Positions 1 through 9,209 of a DNA stretch of 64,000 nt are shown piece after piece. The notes under the pieces are model-generated. The model did not search any database, was not told the origin of the DNA, and saw only the letters and a list, made by a program, of their open reading frames with translations. Position 1 is the first letter of the stretch, and the number at the start of each line of letters is the position of its first letter. The stretch comes from Bacilli bacterium (GTDB lineage: Bacteria > Bacillota_I > Bacilli_A > ML615J-28 > CAG-313), in contig JAFQRV010000007.1 of assembly GCA_017409905.1 (NCBI GenBank), positions 28,346 to 92,345 of the forward strand, in the 5' to 3' direction. The position numbers and the translations under genes were made by a program.

Positions 1-1
1 T

Positions 2-79
2 TGGGTAATTGATAGTAATGATATTACTATTCAAGATATGACAAAAAAAATTTATGAATTGTATGAGCCATATCTATGA
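2..79 (+). CDS. 3' end of an upstream gene cut by the window edge (product unknown)
   Basis: Frame 2 is open from the window edge (WVIDSNDITIQDMTKKIYELYEPYL*). Its TGA stop (77-79) overlaps the next ATG (ATGA at 76-79), a typical translational-coupling junction. Too short to identify. Confidence 0.3.
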   Translation, partial: WVIDSNDITIQDMTKKIYELYEPYL

Positions 80-777
80 AAATAAAAGCATTGGATATTA
101 GGGGTATTCCATATAGGGTAAGAACTAGTAAGTCTAAAAAAAGAAAAATTACTATAAGTATAAAAGATGAAGCAATAGTAAATATTTTGTATCATCCTTT
201 AATGAGTAGTACTGTAATAAACGAGTTTGTTGAAAATCACATAAAATGGATTGAAGAAAAATACTTAGAAAAGTATCATCCAAAAAGGGAATATAAAAAT
301 AACGAAAGATATTTATTTTTAGGGGAAGAATATATTCTCCATGTTGTAGAATATCCGAAAAATGAAGTATTTATTGAAGGAAAATATTTAGTAATACATA
401 CAAAGAATAATACTTATGAATATAATAGAAAATTAGTATTAAACTTCTTAAAAAGTCAAATAGAAGATGTATTCAATATATTATTAGATAAATGTTTTAA
501 TAATATGAAACATTTACTAAAGAGTTATCCAAAGCTAGCTTACAGAAGATATAAGTCTAGATGGGGATGTTGTTATGTTCACAAAAATATGATTATTTTA
601 AACACTTCTTTAATACATGTTCCGCTAAGATTGATAGAATGTGTTATTTACCATGAATTAACTCATTTAATACAAGCTAATCATACTAAGGAATTTTATA
701 AAGTTTTTGACTTATTTGTTCCGAATTCGAAGAAGGTTCAAAAAGAACTTAAACAATATTCGACTGTATATGAATAG
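76..777 (+). CDS. DUF45 / YgjP-like M48-type zinc metallohydrolase
   Basis: C-terminal block SRWGCC...NTSLIHVPLRLIECVIYHELTHLIQANHTKEFY matches the DUF45 signature (RWGSC ... HELxHL ... NHS..F). HExxH zinc motif present. Confidence 0.8.
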   Translation: MKIKALDIRGIPYRVRTSKSKKRKITISIKDEAIVNILYHPLMSSTVINEFVENHIKWIEEKYLEKYHPKREYKNNERYLFLGEEYILHVVEYPKNEVFIEGKYLVIHTKNNTYEYNRKLVLNFLKSQIEDVFNILLDKCFNNMKHLLKSYPKLAYRRYKSRWGCCYVHKNMIILNTSLIHVPLRLIECVIYHELTHLIQANHTKEFYKVFDLFVPNSKKVQKELKQYSTVYE

Positions 778-789
778 TTTTGATAAAAA

Positions 790-823
790 AGCTACTATTT
801 TTATAGAAATAGTAGCTTTTTTG
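790..823 (+). terminator. intrinsic terminator after the DUF45 gene
   Basis: 11-bp stem AGCTACTATTT / AAATAGTAGCT, loop TTATAG, followed by a T-run. Confidence 0.8.
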
Positions 824-904
824 TTCTTTTTTTCCTGTTTTTTCGAACTTTACATTCAAATTATTAAATGATATAATATTATCAGAAGGGGAAGAATTAG
901 TTAT

Positions 905-2113
905 ATGAAAAAATTAAACAAAACATTAGAAGAAAAATACAATAATTTAGTAAAAGAAGAAAGTAATAAACTAGCTAAGTTTTTGAAAAGAAGAAGATTG
1001 GAGTTAGGATTAACTTTAGAATCTGTAAGTGAAGGTATTTGTAGCACAAGTTACTTAAGTAAAATTGAAAATTGTCAAGTTGAGGTAGATGCTACTTATT
1101 TTAGTTTATTGTTTGAAAAGTTAGAATTGAATTATGAAAAAGTTTTAGAAAGTAGAAATGTTCCTATTTATCAAGAAATTATTAAAGCTTATTTAAATAA
1201 TGATAAAGAGTTTATCAAAAATAAAGTAAATTTGTTGGTTGATGATAAAACATATTGTGAGACTGAAATAGAGTTGTTAGTTTTATTTTATAGTTTAATG
1301 GAGAATCATTTAAAAGAAGCTAAAAATACTATCAAAAAGATTGAAATGATTAGAAATACATTACTTGATGAAGAATTACAAATATTTGCTTATTTAACTA
1401 CTGAATACTATTTTAAATGTGGTGCTATTAAACAAGTAGCTGAAGGGATTGGAAGTTTAAAATATAGTAATTTTGATAATGAATTATTAAAAATTGCTTA
1501 TCTTAATTCTTTAACAAATTATTATTATATTATTGGTGATGGTATTAATTTCCATTATTATTTTCAAAAAATTAAAAATAGTGATTATTCTATTGTTATT
1601 CCAAGGGTAATAGAAAAGTGTCAATTACAAGAACTATGTTTAAGAAGTAAAAATGCTTTAGAAGATATGGAAGAACATTTTAAATTAGTTAAAGAGACAA
1701 TAAACAAAAGTAATTATGATTTATTTGAATATTATTATAATGTTCATTTGATTATCCACAAAAAATATGAAGAAGTATATAATAATCTTAATGGTAAAGA
1801 ATTGGGACAAGAATTAATGGCTTTATTGGGTCTTGCTGTAGATAAGATTCAAAATATGAGTAAGTCATATGAATACTTAAAGGTTTTAAGAGAATATACT
1901 GTTAAGAATTATGGTTTTTATAGTCGATTATTAGAGTATTTAAAATTAAAATTAGAACAATACAGTTACGGGCATTTATTTGTTTATTTAAAGAATGTTC
2001 TCACTAGTAATGATTTGCCTGTTTTTATTTATAATGTTTTAATAAAAGAGTTCTTTTATATTGCATATGAGTTAGGCAAATATAAAGAAATTGTTCGATT
2101 CTTAAATAAATAA
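905..2113 (+). CDS. XRE-family HTH transcription regulator with a long helical-repeat (TPR/RNPP-like) C-terminal domain
   Basis: N-terminal LKRRRLELGLTLESVSEGICSTSYLSKIENCQ is a classic XRE/Cro-C1 HTH. The remaining ~330 aa are helix-rich and Y/L/E/K-rich, the architecture of Rgg/PlcR-type regulators. RBS GGGGAAG lies upstream. Confidence 0.55.
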   Translation: MKKLNKTLEEKYNNLVKEESNKLAKFLKRRRLELGLTLESVSEGICSTSYLSKIENCQVEVDATYFSLLFEKLELNYEKVLESRNVPIYQEIIKAYLNNDKEFIKNKVNLLVDDKTYCETEIELLVLFYSLMENHLKEAKNTIKKIEMIRNTLLDEELQIFAYLTTEYYFKCGAIKQVAEGIGSLKYSNFDNELLKIAYLNSLTNYYYIIGDGINFHYYFQKIKNSDYSIVIPRVIEKCQLQELCLRSKNALEDMEEHFKLVKETINKSNYDLFEYYYNVHLIIHKKYEEVYNNLNGKELGQELMALLGLAVDKIQNMSKSYEYLKVLREYTVKNYGFYSRLLEYLKLKLEQYSYGHLFVYLKNVLTSNDLPVFIYNVLIKEFFYIAYELGKYKEIVRFLNK

Positions 2114-2151
2114 GAATAATTTATAAATACTATCAATTACGCCCCCCCTAG

Positions 2152-2181
2152 GAAAGAATACAAAAAGTATTCTTTCTTTTT
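2152..2181 (+). terminator. intrinsic terminator
   Basis: Stem GAAAGAATAC / GTATTCTTTC, loop AAAAA, then TTTTT. Confidence 0.8.
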
Positions 2182-2232
2182 ATTTGTTTGAAAAAATAGG
2201 CATATTAGTGTATAATATCAATAGGTGATAAT

Positions 2233-2814
2233 ATGATTAGTAAAATTAAAGAAGTTGCTTTAAGAAATAATGTTCCTATTATTCAAGATGCATCTTTAAA
2301 TTATATCAATAATATAATAAAAGAAAAAAAAGTGAAGAAGATATTAGAAGTTGGTACAGCTGTAGGTTATTCTTCATTATGTTTTAGTATGAATGATAGT
2401 GTAGTTTGTATTGATACTATTGAAAGAAATCCAGAAATGTATAATGAAGCAATTAGTAATATAAAGAAATGTAATAAAGAAAACACCATTAATGTGCATT
2501 TTGGAGATGCTTTGGAAGTCGAAATTTCAAACTTTTCAAGTGATTATGACTTATTATTCATTGATGCCGCAAAAGCTCAATCACGGAAGTTTTTTGAACG
2601 TTTTTCACCATTATTGAAGCCAGATGGTATTATAATAGTAGACAATATTTTGTTTCATGGGATATCAATTAATGACGAAAATATCTCTAGAAATTTAAGA
2701 TCTTTGGTTAGAAAGATCAATGAATTTGTTAAATGGTTAAAAGAAAATGATGAGTACGTAACTACTTTTTTTGAAGAAGGGGATGGCTTAGCCATAAGTG
2801 TAAGAAGATGTTAA
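2233..2814 (+). CDS. trmR: class I SAM-dependent O-methyltransferase, YrrM/TrmR-like (tRNA 5-hydroxyuridine methyltransferase candidate)
   Basis: Family-3 O-methyltransferase motifs ILEVGTAVGYSS, LFIDAAK, DNILFHG. It sits directly upstream of two U32 genes followed by greA and mtnN, matching the B. subtilis yrrM-yrrN-yrrO neighbourhood. Confidence 0.6.
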   Translation: MISKIKEVALRNNVPIIQDASLNYINNIIKEKKVKKILEVGTAVGYSSLCFSMNDSVVCIDTIERNPEMYNEAISNIKKCNKENTINVHFGDALEVEISNFSSDYDLLFIDAAKAQSRKFFERFSPLLKPDGIIIVDNILFHGISINDENISRNLRSLVRKINEFVKWLKENDEYVTTFFEEGDGLAISVRRC

Positions 2815-3644
2815 TAGTAGAAGTAAATGATTTAAAACTTCTTAAGTGTATAGATACTGATGGCTTTTTGATTGGAACTGATAAAATTAGTAGTGAAGTC
2901 TTTGTTAAGTTTCCCAAAGAAAAAGTATTAGAATTTGTTAAAGAAGTTCATCAAAATAAAAAGATAGTAATATTAGATGCTACTAATATTTTTCATGATC
3001 AAGATTTAGCTGAAACAAAAGAAATATTAGATTATTTAAATGAAGTAGATTTCGTAATGTATAATGATTTAGCAATTATGAATATGGTACCTATTGAAAA
3101 AAGAATTTATTACTCTACTACTTATGTAACTAATTTATATGATTTTGATATTGTGAAAGAAGAAAATACTTATGTAGTTGTATCACCTGAGTTATCATTT
3201 GAAGAATTAAAAGCATTCAATCAAAAAGATGGATCTTTCATAATTGGTTTTGGCACTTGGGAAATCTTCCATTCTAGAAGAAGACTTTTAAGTAATTATT
3301 TTAAATATCGAAAAACTGACTATTTTAATGGTAGATATCATATTATTGAAGAATTTAGAAATGAAATGTATCCAATAGTAGAAGATGAGGGAACAAAGAT
3401 CTACTTAAATGGTTATTATTATTTAGCAAGTGAATTAAAAGAGTTAAGTAAAAATATTTTATTAAAAACATTCGATCTAGAATATGAAAATGTTGTTAAA
3501 ATAGTTCATGCATACAACGAAGCGATAATCAATGGTGATTATGAAAAATTAGAAAAAATTATTAAAGAATTTCCGATAGATACTAACAAAGGATTATTGT
3601 ATGAAGAAAGTATTTTAACAAAAGGGGTGAAAGAACGTGGCTAA
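2808..3644 (+). CDS. YrrN-like U32-family accessory protein (tRNA ho5U pathway partner candidate)
   Basis: Overlaps the trmR stop (ATGTTAA) and is overlapped by the next U32 gene. Assigned mainly by position (the yrrN slot). I see no catalytic signature. Confidence 0.4.
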   Translation: MLIVEVNDLKLLKCIDTDGFLIGTDKISSEVFVKFPKEKVLEFVKEVHQNKKIVILDATNIFHDQDLAETKEILDYLNEVDFVMYNDLAIMNMVPIEKRIYYSTTYVTNLYDFDIVKEENTYVVVSPELSFEELKAFNQKDGSFIIGFGTWEIFHSRRRLLSNYFKYRKTDYFNGRYHIIEEFRNEMYPIVEDEGTKIYLNGYYYLASELKELSKNILLKTFDLEYENVVKIVHAYNEAIINGDYEKLEKIIKEFPIDTNKGLLYEESILTKGVKERG

Positions 3645-4836
3645 AATAGAGTTGTTGGCCCCTGCGGGTAATTTAGAAAAAGCTAAAATTGCGTTAATGT
3701 ATGGTGCTGATGCTGTATATGTTGGTGGTAAAGCTTTTAGTTTAAGAGCAAGAGCTTCTAATTTTAATATTCCTGAGATTAAAGAATTGGTTGAATTCGC
3801 CCACGAAAGAAATAAAAAAGTTTATGTAACAATGAATATAATCCCACATGAAAATGACTTTACGGGATTAGATGAATATTTAAAAGATTTAGAAGATGTT
3901 AACGTTGATGCGATTATTGTTTCAAGTTTATATATAATGAAAAGAGCAAAGGAAATATCTCCTAAACTAGAAGTTCACGTTTCTACTCAAAAATCAACAA
4001 CTAATATTGATACAATTAACTATTATAAAGAAAAGGGCGCGACTAGAGTGGTGCTTGCTAGAGAAGTTAGTATGGATGAAATGATTCATATTAGCCAAAA
4101 TACTGATGTTGAATTAGAAGTATTTATTCATGGTGGAATGTGTTCAAGTTATTCAGGACACTGTGTTTTAAGTAACCATATGACTAATAGAGATGCTAAT
4201 AGAGGCGGTTGTGCACACTCTTGTAGATGGAATTATTCGCTTGTTAAAAATGGAGAAATATTACCAAAAACTTATAATATTGGCTCTAAAGACTTGATGG
4301 CAGTTGAATATATTCCAGCTTTAATTGATGCAGGTATAGCATCTTTAAAGATAGAAGGAAGAATGAAATCGGTATATTATCTTGCATGTGTTGTGAGAGC
4401 ATATCGTATGTTGATCGATAAATATTATGAAACTGGCGTTCTTAAACCAGATTATGTTAATTACATAATTTCTGAAATTGGAAAAGCTGAAAATAGAATA
4501 ACAAACGTTGGCTTCTTTAAAGGCATTCCGGATAGTGATGGTCAATTGTATGATAATAGATCAGAAATTCCAACTCAAGAATATGCGGCATTTGTCTTAG
4601 AATATGATAAAGAATTACAAATGGCTTTAGTCGAACAACGTAATTATTTGGTTGTGAATGATCAAATTGAAGTATTTGGACCAAATTTATCTAGTAACTA
4701 TTTACAAATAGAAAAAATGATTGACTTTGATACAAATGAAGAGTTTGAAATAGCTCGTCATCCACTTCAAAAGTTTTGGATTAATATGCCAATTGAAGTA
4801 AGTTATGGAGACTTAATAAGAGTTATTAAAAAATAA
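3637..4836 (+). CDS. trhP: peptidase U32 family protein, YrrO/TrhP-like (prephenate-dependent tRNA uridine hydroxylation candidate)
   Basis: GTG start after AAGGGGTGA. U32 signature EVFIHGGMCSSYSGHCVLSN plus GGCAHSCRW. Synteny with yrrO. Confidence 0.7.
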   Translation: MAKIELLAPAGNLEKAKIALMYGADAVYVGGKAFSLRARASNFNIPEIKELVEFAHERNKKVYVTMNIIPHENDFTGLDEYLKDLEDVNVDAIIVSSLYIMKRAKEISPKLEVHVSTQKSTTNIDTINYYKEKGATRVVLAREVSMDEMIHISQNTDVELEVFIHGGMCSSYSGHCVLSNHMTNRDANRGGCAHSCRWNYSLVKNGEILPKTYNIGSKDLMAVEYIPALIDAGIASLKIEGRMKSVYYLACVVRAYRMLIDKYYETGVLKPDYVNYIISEIGKAENRITNVGFFKGIPDSDGQLYDNRSEIPTQEYAAFVLEYDKELQMALVEQRNYLVVNDQIEVFGPNLSSNYLQIEKMIDFDTNEEFEIARHPLQKFWINMPIEVSYGDLIRVIKK

Positions 4837-4904
4837 AGTTTGTATCTCTTGCAAAAATAAATAAAATTTGATAAAATACATTGTAAAATAGGTGAGGTAT
4901 AACT

Positions 4905-5390
4905 ATGAATCAAAAATATACATTAACTCAAGAAGGTTTAAAGAACCTACAAGAAGAATTAAAACACTTAACTGAGGTTGCTCGTGTAGAAAATATTCGT
5001 GCTTTACAAGAAGCTCGTGCACAAGGGGACTTATCAGAAAATGCTGACTATGATGCTGCTCGTGATGAACAATCTAAGATTGCAGGAAGAATAGCGGTTA
5101 TTGAAAATATTTTAAAGAACTATGAATTAATCGGTGATGAAGCTAATAACCTTGGTAAATGGGTTAAAGTTGAATTTATCGGTTTAGAAGATGATGATGA
5201 TCCAGTTCAAGTATATAAAATTGTTGGTACACTAGAAGCTGACCCATTACAACAATTAATTTCTAATGAATGCCCTTTAGGACGTGCAATTATTAACCAT
5301 GGCGTTGGTGAACAAGTGTATGTTAAACCTGAAGAAGGGGAAGAATTCTGGGCTAAAATTTTAGAAATTAGCACTGAAGAAATCAAATAA
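4905..5390 (+). CDS. greA: transcription elongation factor GreA
   Basis: LTQEGLKNLQEELKHL...AREQGDLSENADYDAARDEQ is the canonical GreA coiled-coil, with a C-terminal FKBP-like domain. Strong RBS GGTGAGG. Confidence 0.92.
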   Translation: MNQKYTLTQEGLKNLQEELKHLTEVARVENIRALQEARAQGDLSENADYDAARDEQSKIAGRIAVIENILKNYELIGDEANNLGKWVKVEFIGLEDDDDPVQVYKIVGTLEADPLQQLISNECPLGRAIINHGVGEQVYVKPEEGEEFWAKILEISTEEIK

Positions 5391-6070
5391 TGATTGCGAT
5401 AATATGCGCACTAGATAAAGAATTACAATTCTATTATGAATCTCTAAAAGAAAAAAGAACCCATAGTATTATGGGTTATGACTTTATAGAAGGATTAATA
5501 AATGAAAATAAAGTGGTTATTGTTAAATCAGGTATTGGAAAAATGGCTGCAGCAGTCGTAACAACTTTATTAATTGAACATTTTAATCCTAATTTAGTTA
5601 TTAATAGTGGAATTGCGGGTGGATATGATAAAAACCTTAAACCTTTAGATATTTTAGTTGTTAATAAAGTGGGTTGTTATGATATCGACATGCGTTTAGA
5701 TGGAATTCCATTCGGTACTTTTGATGCAAATAGAAGATTTATTGAAAATAATATACAATTAGAAAAAGCTGATAATGTTTATTATGGTTTAATAATGAGT
5801 TCTGATACTTTTGCGGGTGACAGAAATAAATTAGATGCAATATTTGAAGAGTATTTCGAAGAAACTGAAATAATGGCTGTAGATATGGAATCATATGCTA
5901 TTGCAGATATTTGTGAAAAATATCATATTAATTGGTGCATTATACGTGCTATTTCGGATGTTGTAGGAACTGAAAGTCAAATAGAATCATATGCTGAATT
6001 TGCGACTAATGCCGCAAAGAATGCATACTTATTAATCGAAAAAAATTACTTAAAAAAGCATTTTAGTTAA
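5390..6070 (+). CDS. mtnN: 5'-methylthioadenosine / S-adenosylhomocysteine nucleosidase
   Basis: MIAIICALDKE...VKSGIGKMAAA...SGIAGG...VDMESYAIA...IRAISD are the Pfs/MtnN motifs. TAATG overlap with greA. Confidence 0.85.
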   Translation: MIAIICALDKELQFYYESLKEKRTHSIMGYDFIEGLINENKVVIVKSGIGKMAAAVVTTLLIEHFNPNLVINSGIAGGYDKNLKPLDILVVNKVGCYDIDMRLDGIPFGTFDANRRFIENNIQLEKADNVYYGLIMSSDTFAGDRNKLDAIFEEYFEETEIMAVDMESYAIADICEKYHINWCIIRAISDVVGTESQIESYAEFATNAAKNAYLLIEKNYLKKHFS

Positions 6071-6110
6071 ATTTAACTTCAATGTTTTTTTTCTAAAAAG
6101 GAGAATTATT

Positions 6111-8018
6111 ATGTGTAAGAATTGTTATATTACTACTCCAATTTATTATGCTAGTGGTTATGTTCATGTTGGTAATGCATATACTACAATTGCAGCTGAT
6201 ACTCTAGCAAGATATAAAAGATTAGAAGGAAAAGAAACTTATTATCTTACAGGCATGGATGAACATGGATTAAAAATCCAAGAAGCAGCTGAAAAACAAG
6301 GAAAGACTCCTCAACAACTTGTTGATGATGTAGCTGAACATACTTTAGGACTTTGGAAACATTTAGGTGTTACTAATGATGGTTTCATTAGAACAAGTGA
6401 TCCTAGACACATGGCTAAAGTAAGTGAATTGTTTGAAAAGTTTTTAGCAAGTGATGATATTTATTTAAGCGAATATACTGGTGATTACTGTGTTGCTTGT
6501 GAAGCTTTTTTCACTAAAACACAACTAGGAGAGAATAATACTTGTCCAGACTGCGGAAAACCCACAAGAAAAGTTTCTGAACAAAGTTATTTCTTTAGAT
6601 TAAAAAAATATGAAAAACAATTATTAGATTTTATTAAAGCTAATCCTGACTTTATTCAACCCGAAACTAGAAGAAACGAAGTAGTATCATTTATTGAATC
6701 TGGTCTTGAAGATTTATGTGTTAGCAGAACTTCATTTAGTTGGGGAATTCCAGTAACTAGTAATCCTAAACATGTTATCTATGTTTGGTTAGATGCTTTA
6801 TTTAATTATTTAACTGCAATTAATTATGATGAACATGATGATTCTTTATACCAAAAGTATTGGGCTAATAATAAAGAAATCTATCAATTGGTTGGTAAAG
6901 ATATTTTACGTTTCCATGCGGTATATTGGCCAATTTTCTTAATGGCTGCTGGTATTCCGATTAATTTCAAACTATACGTTCATGGTTGGATTTTAATGAA
7001 AGATGGTAAAATGTCAAAATCTCGTGGTAATGTTGTATACCCATATGATGTTACATCAAGATACGGTATTGATGCTTTAAGATATTATTTAGTAAAAGAA
7101 TTACCAATTGGTAATGATGGATTATTTACATATGAAAGATTCTTTGAAAGATACAATTCTGAACTTGCAAATGACTTAGGTAATTTAGTTAGTAGAACTA
7201 TTTCAATGATTAATAAATACTTTGGTGGTAAAATCGAAAAAGGTAGTGTAGCTACTCCTTTTGATAAAGACTTTGAAGATATAATTAATGATACTATAGT
7301 AGTTGCTAAAGAAGAATATAGTGCTTTCCATTTACAAAATGCTTTAACAAAAGTTTGGCAAATTGTAACAAGAGCAAATAAATATATTGATGAAACAGCT
7401 CCTTGGGTGCTTGCTAAGGATGATGCAAAACAAGAAGAATTGAAAAGTGTTATGTATCATTTGGCTGAAGCTTTAAGAATAGCATCAACTTTATTAGCTC
7501 CTGTATTAATTGAAACTTGTCCTAAAGTAATTGAATATTTAGGAATTCAAGAAGAAATGAGCGTAGAAAATTTAACATTTGGTTATGAATATAAAAATAA
7601 TGTTGTAAGTAGTTTACAACCATTATTTAAACGTTTAGATGTTCAAAAAGAACTAGTTGAAGTTAACACTCCAAAAGTAGTACCAATGGACTTCAAATCA
7701 AATGTTGCATTTGATGATTTTGAAAAACTCGACTTAAGAGTTGGGGAAATAATCGAGTGTAAAAAAGTTGAAAAATCAGATAAATTATTGGTTTCACAAG
7801 TTCAAATTGGAACAGAAACTAGACAAATTGTATCAGGAATTGCGGAAACATATAAACCAGAAGATTTAATTGGAAAAAAAGTTTTAGTAGTAGTAAATTT
7901 AAATCCTGCTAAAATTAGAGGTGTTGAATCAAGTGGTATGTTACTATGCGCTAGTGATGGTAAAACTTTACAACTAGTCGAAATTTCTAATGTTAATTCT
8001 GGCGTTAAAGTTAAATAA
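6111..8018 (+). CDS. metG: methionine--tRNA ligase with C-terminal tRNA-binding (EMAP/Trbp111-like) domain
   Basis: ITTPIYYASGYVHVGNAYTT (HIGH region), zinc knuckle CVACE...CPDCG, KMSKSRGN. C-terminal DLRVGEI...KLLVSQVQIG...VVVNLNPAKIRGVESSGM. Confidence 0.95.
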   Translation: MCKNCYITTPIYYASGYVHVGNAYTTIAADTLARYKRLEGKETYYLTGMDEHGLKIQEAAEKQGKTPQQLVDDVAEHTLGLWKHLGVTNDGFIRTSDPRHMAKVSELFEKFLASDDIYLSEYTGDYCVACEAFFTKTQLGENNTCPDCGKPTRKVSEQSYFFRLKKYEKQLLDFIKANPDFIQPETRRNEVVSFIESGLEDLCVSRTSFSWGIPVTSNPKHVIYVWLDALFNYLTAINYDEHDDSLYQKYWANNKEIYQLVGKDILRFHAVYWPIFLMAAGIPINFKLYVHGWILMKDGKMSKSRGNVVYPYDVTSRYGIDALRYYLVKELPIGNDGLFTYERFFERYNSELANDLGNLVSRTISMINKYFGGKIEKGSVATPFDKDFEDIINDTIVVAKEEYSAFHLQNALTKVWQIVTRANKYIDETAPWVLAKDDAKQEELKSVMYHLAEALRIASTLLAPVLIETCPKVIEYLGIQEEMSVENLTFGYEYKNNVVSSLQPLFKRLDVQKELVEVNTPKVVPMDFKSNVAFDDFEKLDLRVGEIIECKKVEKSDKLLVSQVQIGTETRQIVSGIAETYKPEDLIGKKVLVVVNLNPAKIRGVESSGMLLCASDGKTLQLVEISNVNSGVKVK

Positions 8019-8027
8019 GAGGACTCT

Positions 8028-9002
8028 ATGAAAACAGAAGTTGTATCCCAACAAAAGGAACGTTTTTTTGATCGCAGAACTTGCTTTATGACTTTACAGT
8101 TGATAGCAGGAACGTTAATATACTCACTAGGTGTAGTATGGTTTTTGAACCTTGGAGAATTTTTTGCAGGTGGAGTAACTGGTACTTCACAGTTAATTTC
8201 ATTTTTAATCTTTGGCAAAGTTTCTCCGTTACTAAGTTTATTTATTCCCTTATTAAATCTTCCTTTATTTATTATTGGTTGGCGTAATCTTAGTAAAAAG
8301 TTCGCAATATTGACAATTATTTCAGTGTCTTTACAAATGGTATTTATTTATCTATTTGAATGGTTGAGCCAACAACATGGAATTAACCCAGTGTTTGAAG
8401 TAATTAGTAAATATGATGCGATAATTATGGTAGATGGAAAATATATGGCTGCTAATACAGATGCTGGTGTAAGATTGTTACTAGCATTCTTAGGTGGGTT
8501 TATTTGTGGACTTGGAAATGCTTTATGTTTAACATCTGGTGGTTCTAGCGGTGGCATTGATGTAATTGCTAATACTTTATTAGTTAAAAGAAGTATTTCT
8601 TTAACTAAATTCTCATTTATATATGACGGGATTATTATTTTATTATCAATCTTTGTAGGTGGCGTTAATACTGCATTATTTACAATAGTTCGTTTCTTAT
8701 CATCCCTTATGACAGTTGATAGATTCTACCGTATATATCAATTTATTAGAATCGAAATCGTAACTGAAAGATTAGATGAAGTAAGAGAATTGCTTTTAAC
8801 TAAATTTCATCATGGTGTAACTATCTATTCTGCAATTGGTGGATATACCATGAAAGAAAAGAAAATGCTAGAAGTATTTGCATCTCGTTATGAAATGAAT
8901 GATTATATTCATGAAATACAAAAAATAGATCCTGCAGCTTTTATTACAATCACTGATATAACTGCATTAAAAGGAAAATATAATAAGAAAACAATTATAT
9001 AA
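8028..9002 (+). CDS. YitT-family membrane protein (DUF2179 C-terminal domain)
   Basis: Multi-pass N-terminal region with GGxTG repeats (FAGGVTGTSQ, SGGSSGGIDV). C-terminal soluble domain VTIYSAIGGYT...ITITDI is typical of YitT/DUF2179. Confidence 0.7.
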   Translation: MKTEVVSQQKERFFDRRTCFMTLQLIAGTLIYSLGVVWFLNLGEFFAGGVTGTSQLISFLIFGKVSPLLSLFIPLLNLPLFIIGWRNLSKKFAILTIISVSLQMVFIYLFEWLSQQHGINPVFEVISKYDAIIMVDGKYMAANTDAGVRLLLAFLGGFICGLGNALCLTSGGSSGGIDVIANTLLVKRSISLTKFSFIYDGIIILLSIFVGGVNTALFTIVRFLSSLMTVDRFYRIYQFIRIEIVTERLDEVRELLLTKFHHGVTIYSAIGGYTMKEKKMLEVFASRYEMNDYIHEIQKIDPAAFITITDITALKGKYNKKTII

Positions 9003-9030
9003 AAGGTTGGAATTCCAACCTTTTTCTTTT
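9001..9030 (+). terminator. intrinsic terminator
   Basis: Perfect palindrome GGTTGGAATTCCAACC followed by TTTTTCTTTTTT. Confidence 0.85.
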
Positions 9031-9066
9031 TTAATATAAAAAATGGAAAAAAGTGAGTATTTTCTT

Positions 9067-9095
9067 TTGACAAAAAAAGCCTTTTGATGTATAAT
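9067..9095 (+). promoter_or_regulatory. sigma-A type promoter of rplM-rpsI
   Basis: TTGACA (9067-9072), 17-nt spacer, TATAAT (9090-9095). Confidence 0.65.
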
Positions 9096-9099
9096 ATGT

Positions 9100-9209
9100 A
9101 CGATACATTTGAAAAAACAACCCACATAAGCCCTCTAGTGATTGAATAGAGGACTGAAAACTCAAATTCAATCAGAATTTTTTAATTAAAATTTTAGGAG
9201 GAAAAATAA
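9100..9209 (+). ncRNA. candidate L13 (rplM) ribosomal-protein leader
   Basis: ~110-nt 5' UTR between the promoter and the rplM SD. Nested hairpins: CCTCTA...TAGAGG inside TGATTGAAT...ATTCAATCA. Position matches the Firmicute L13 leader. No covariance model was run. Confidence 0.4.

Noticed and set aside
6071-6110. T-box or attenuator leaders upstream of metG and cysS (the cysS spacer is 10053-10156)
   Set aside because: The spacers are only about 40 nt and about 100 nt. The cysS spacer is largely taken up by the rpsI terminator. There is no room for a specifier or antiterminator structure and no T-box sequence is visible.
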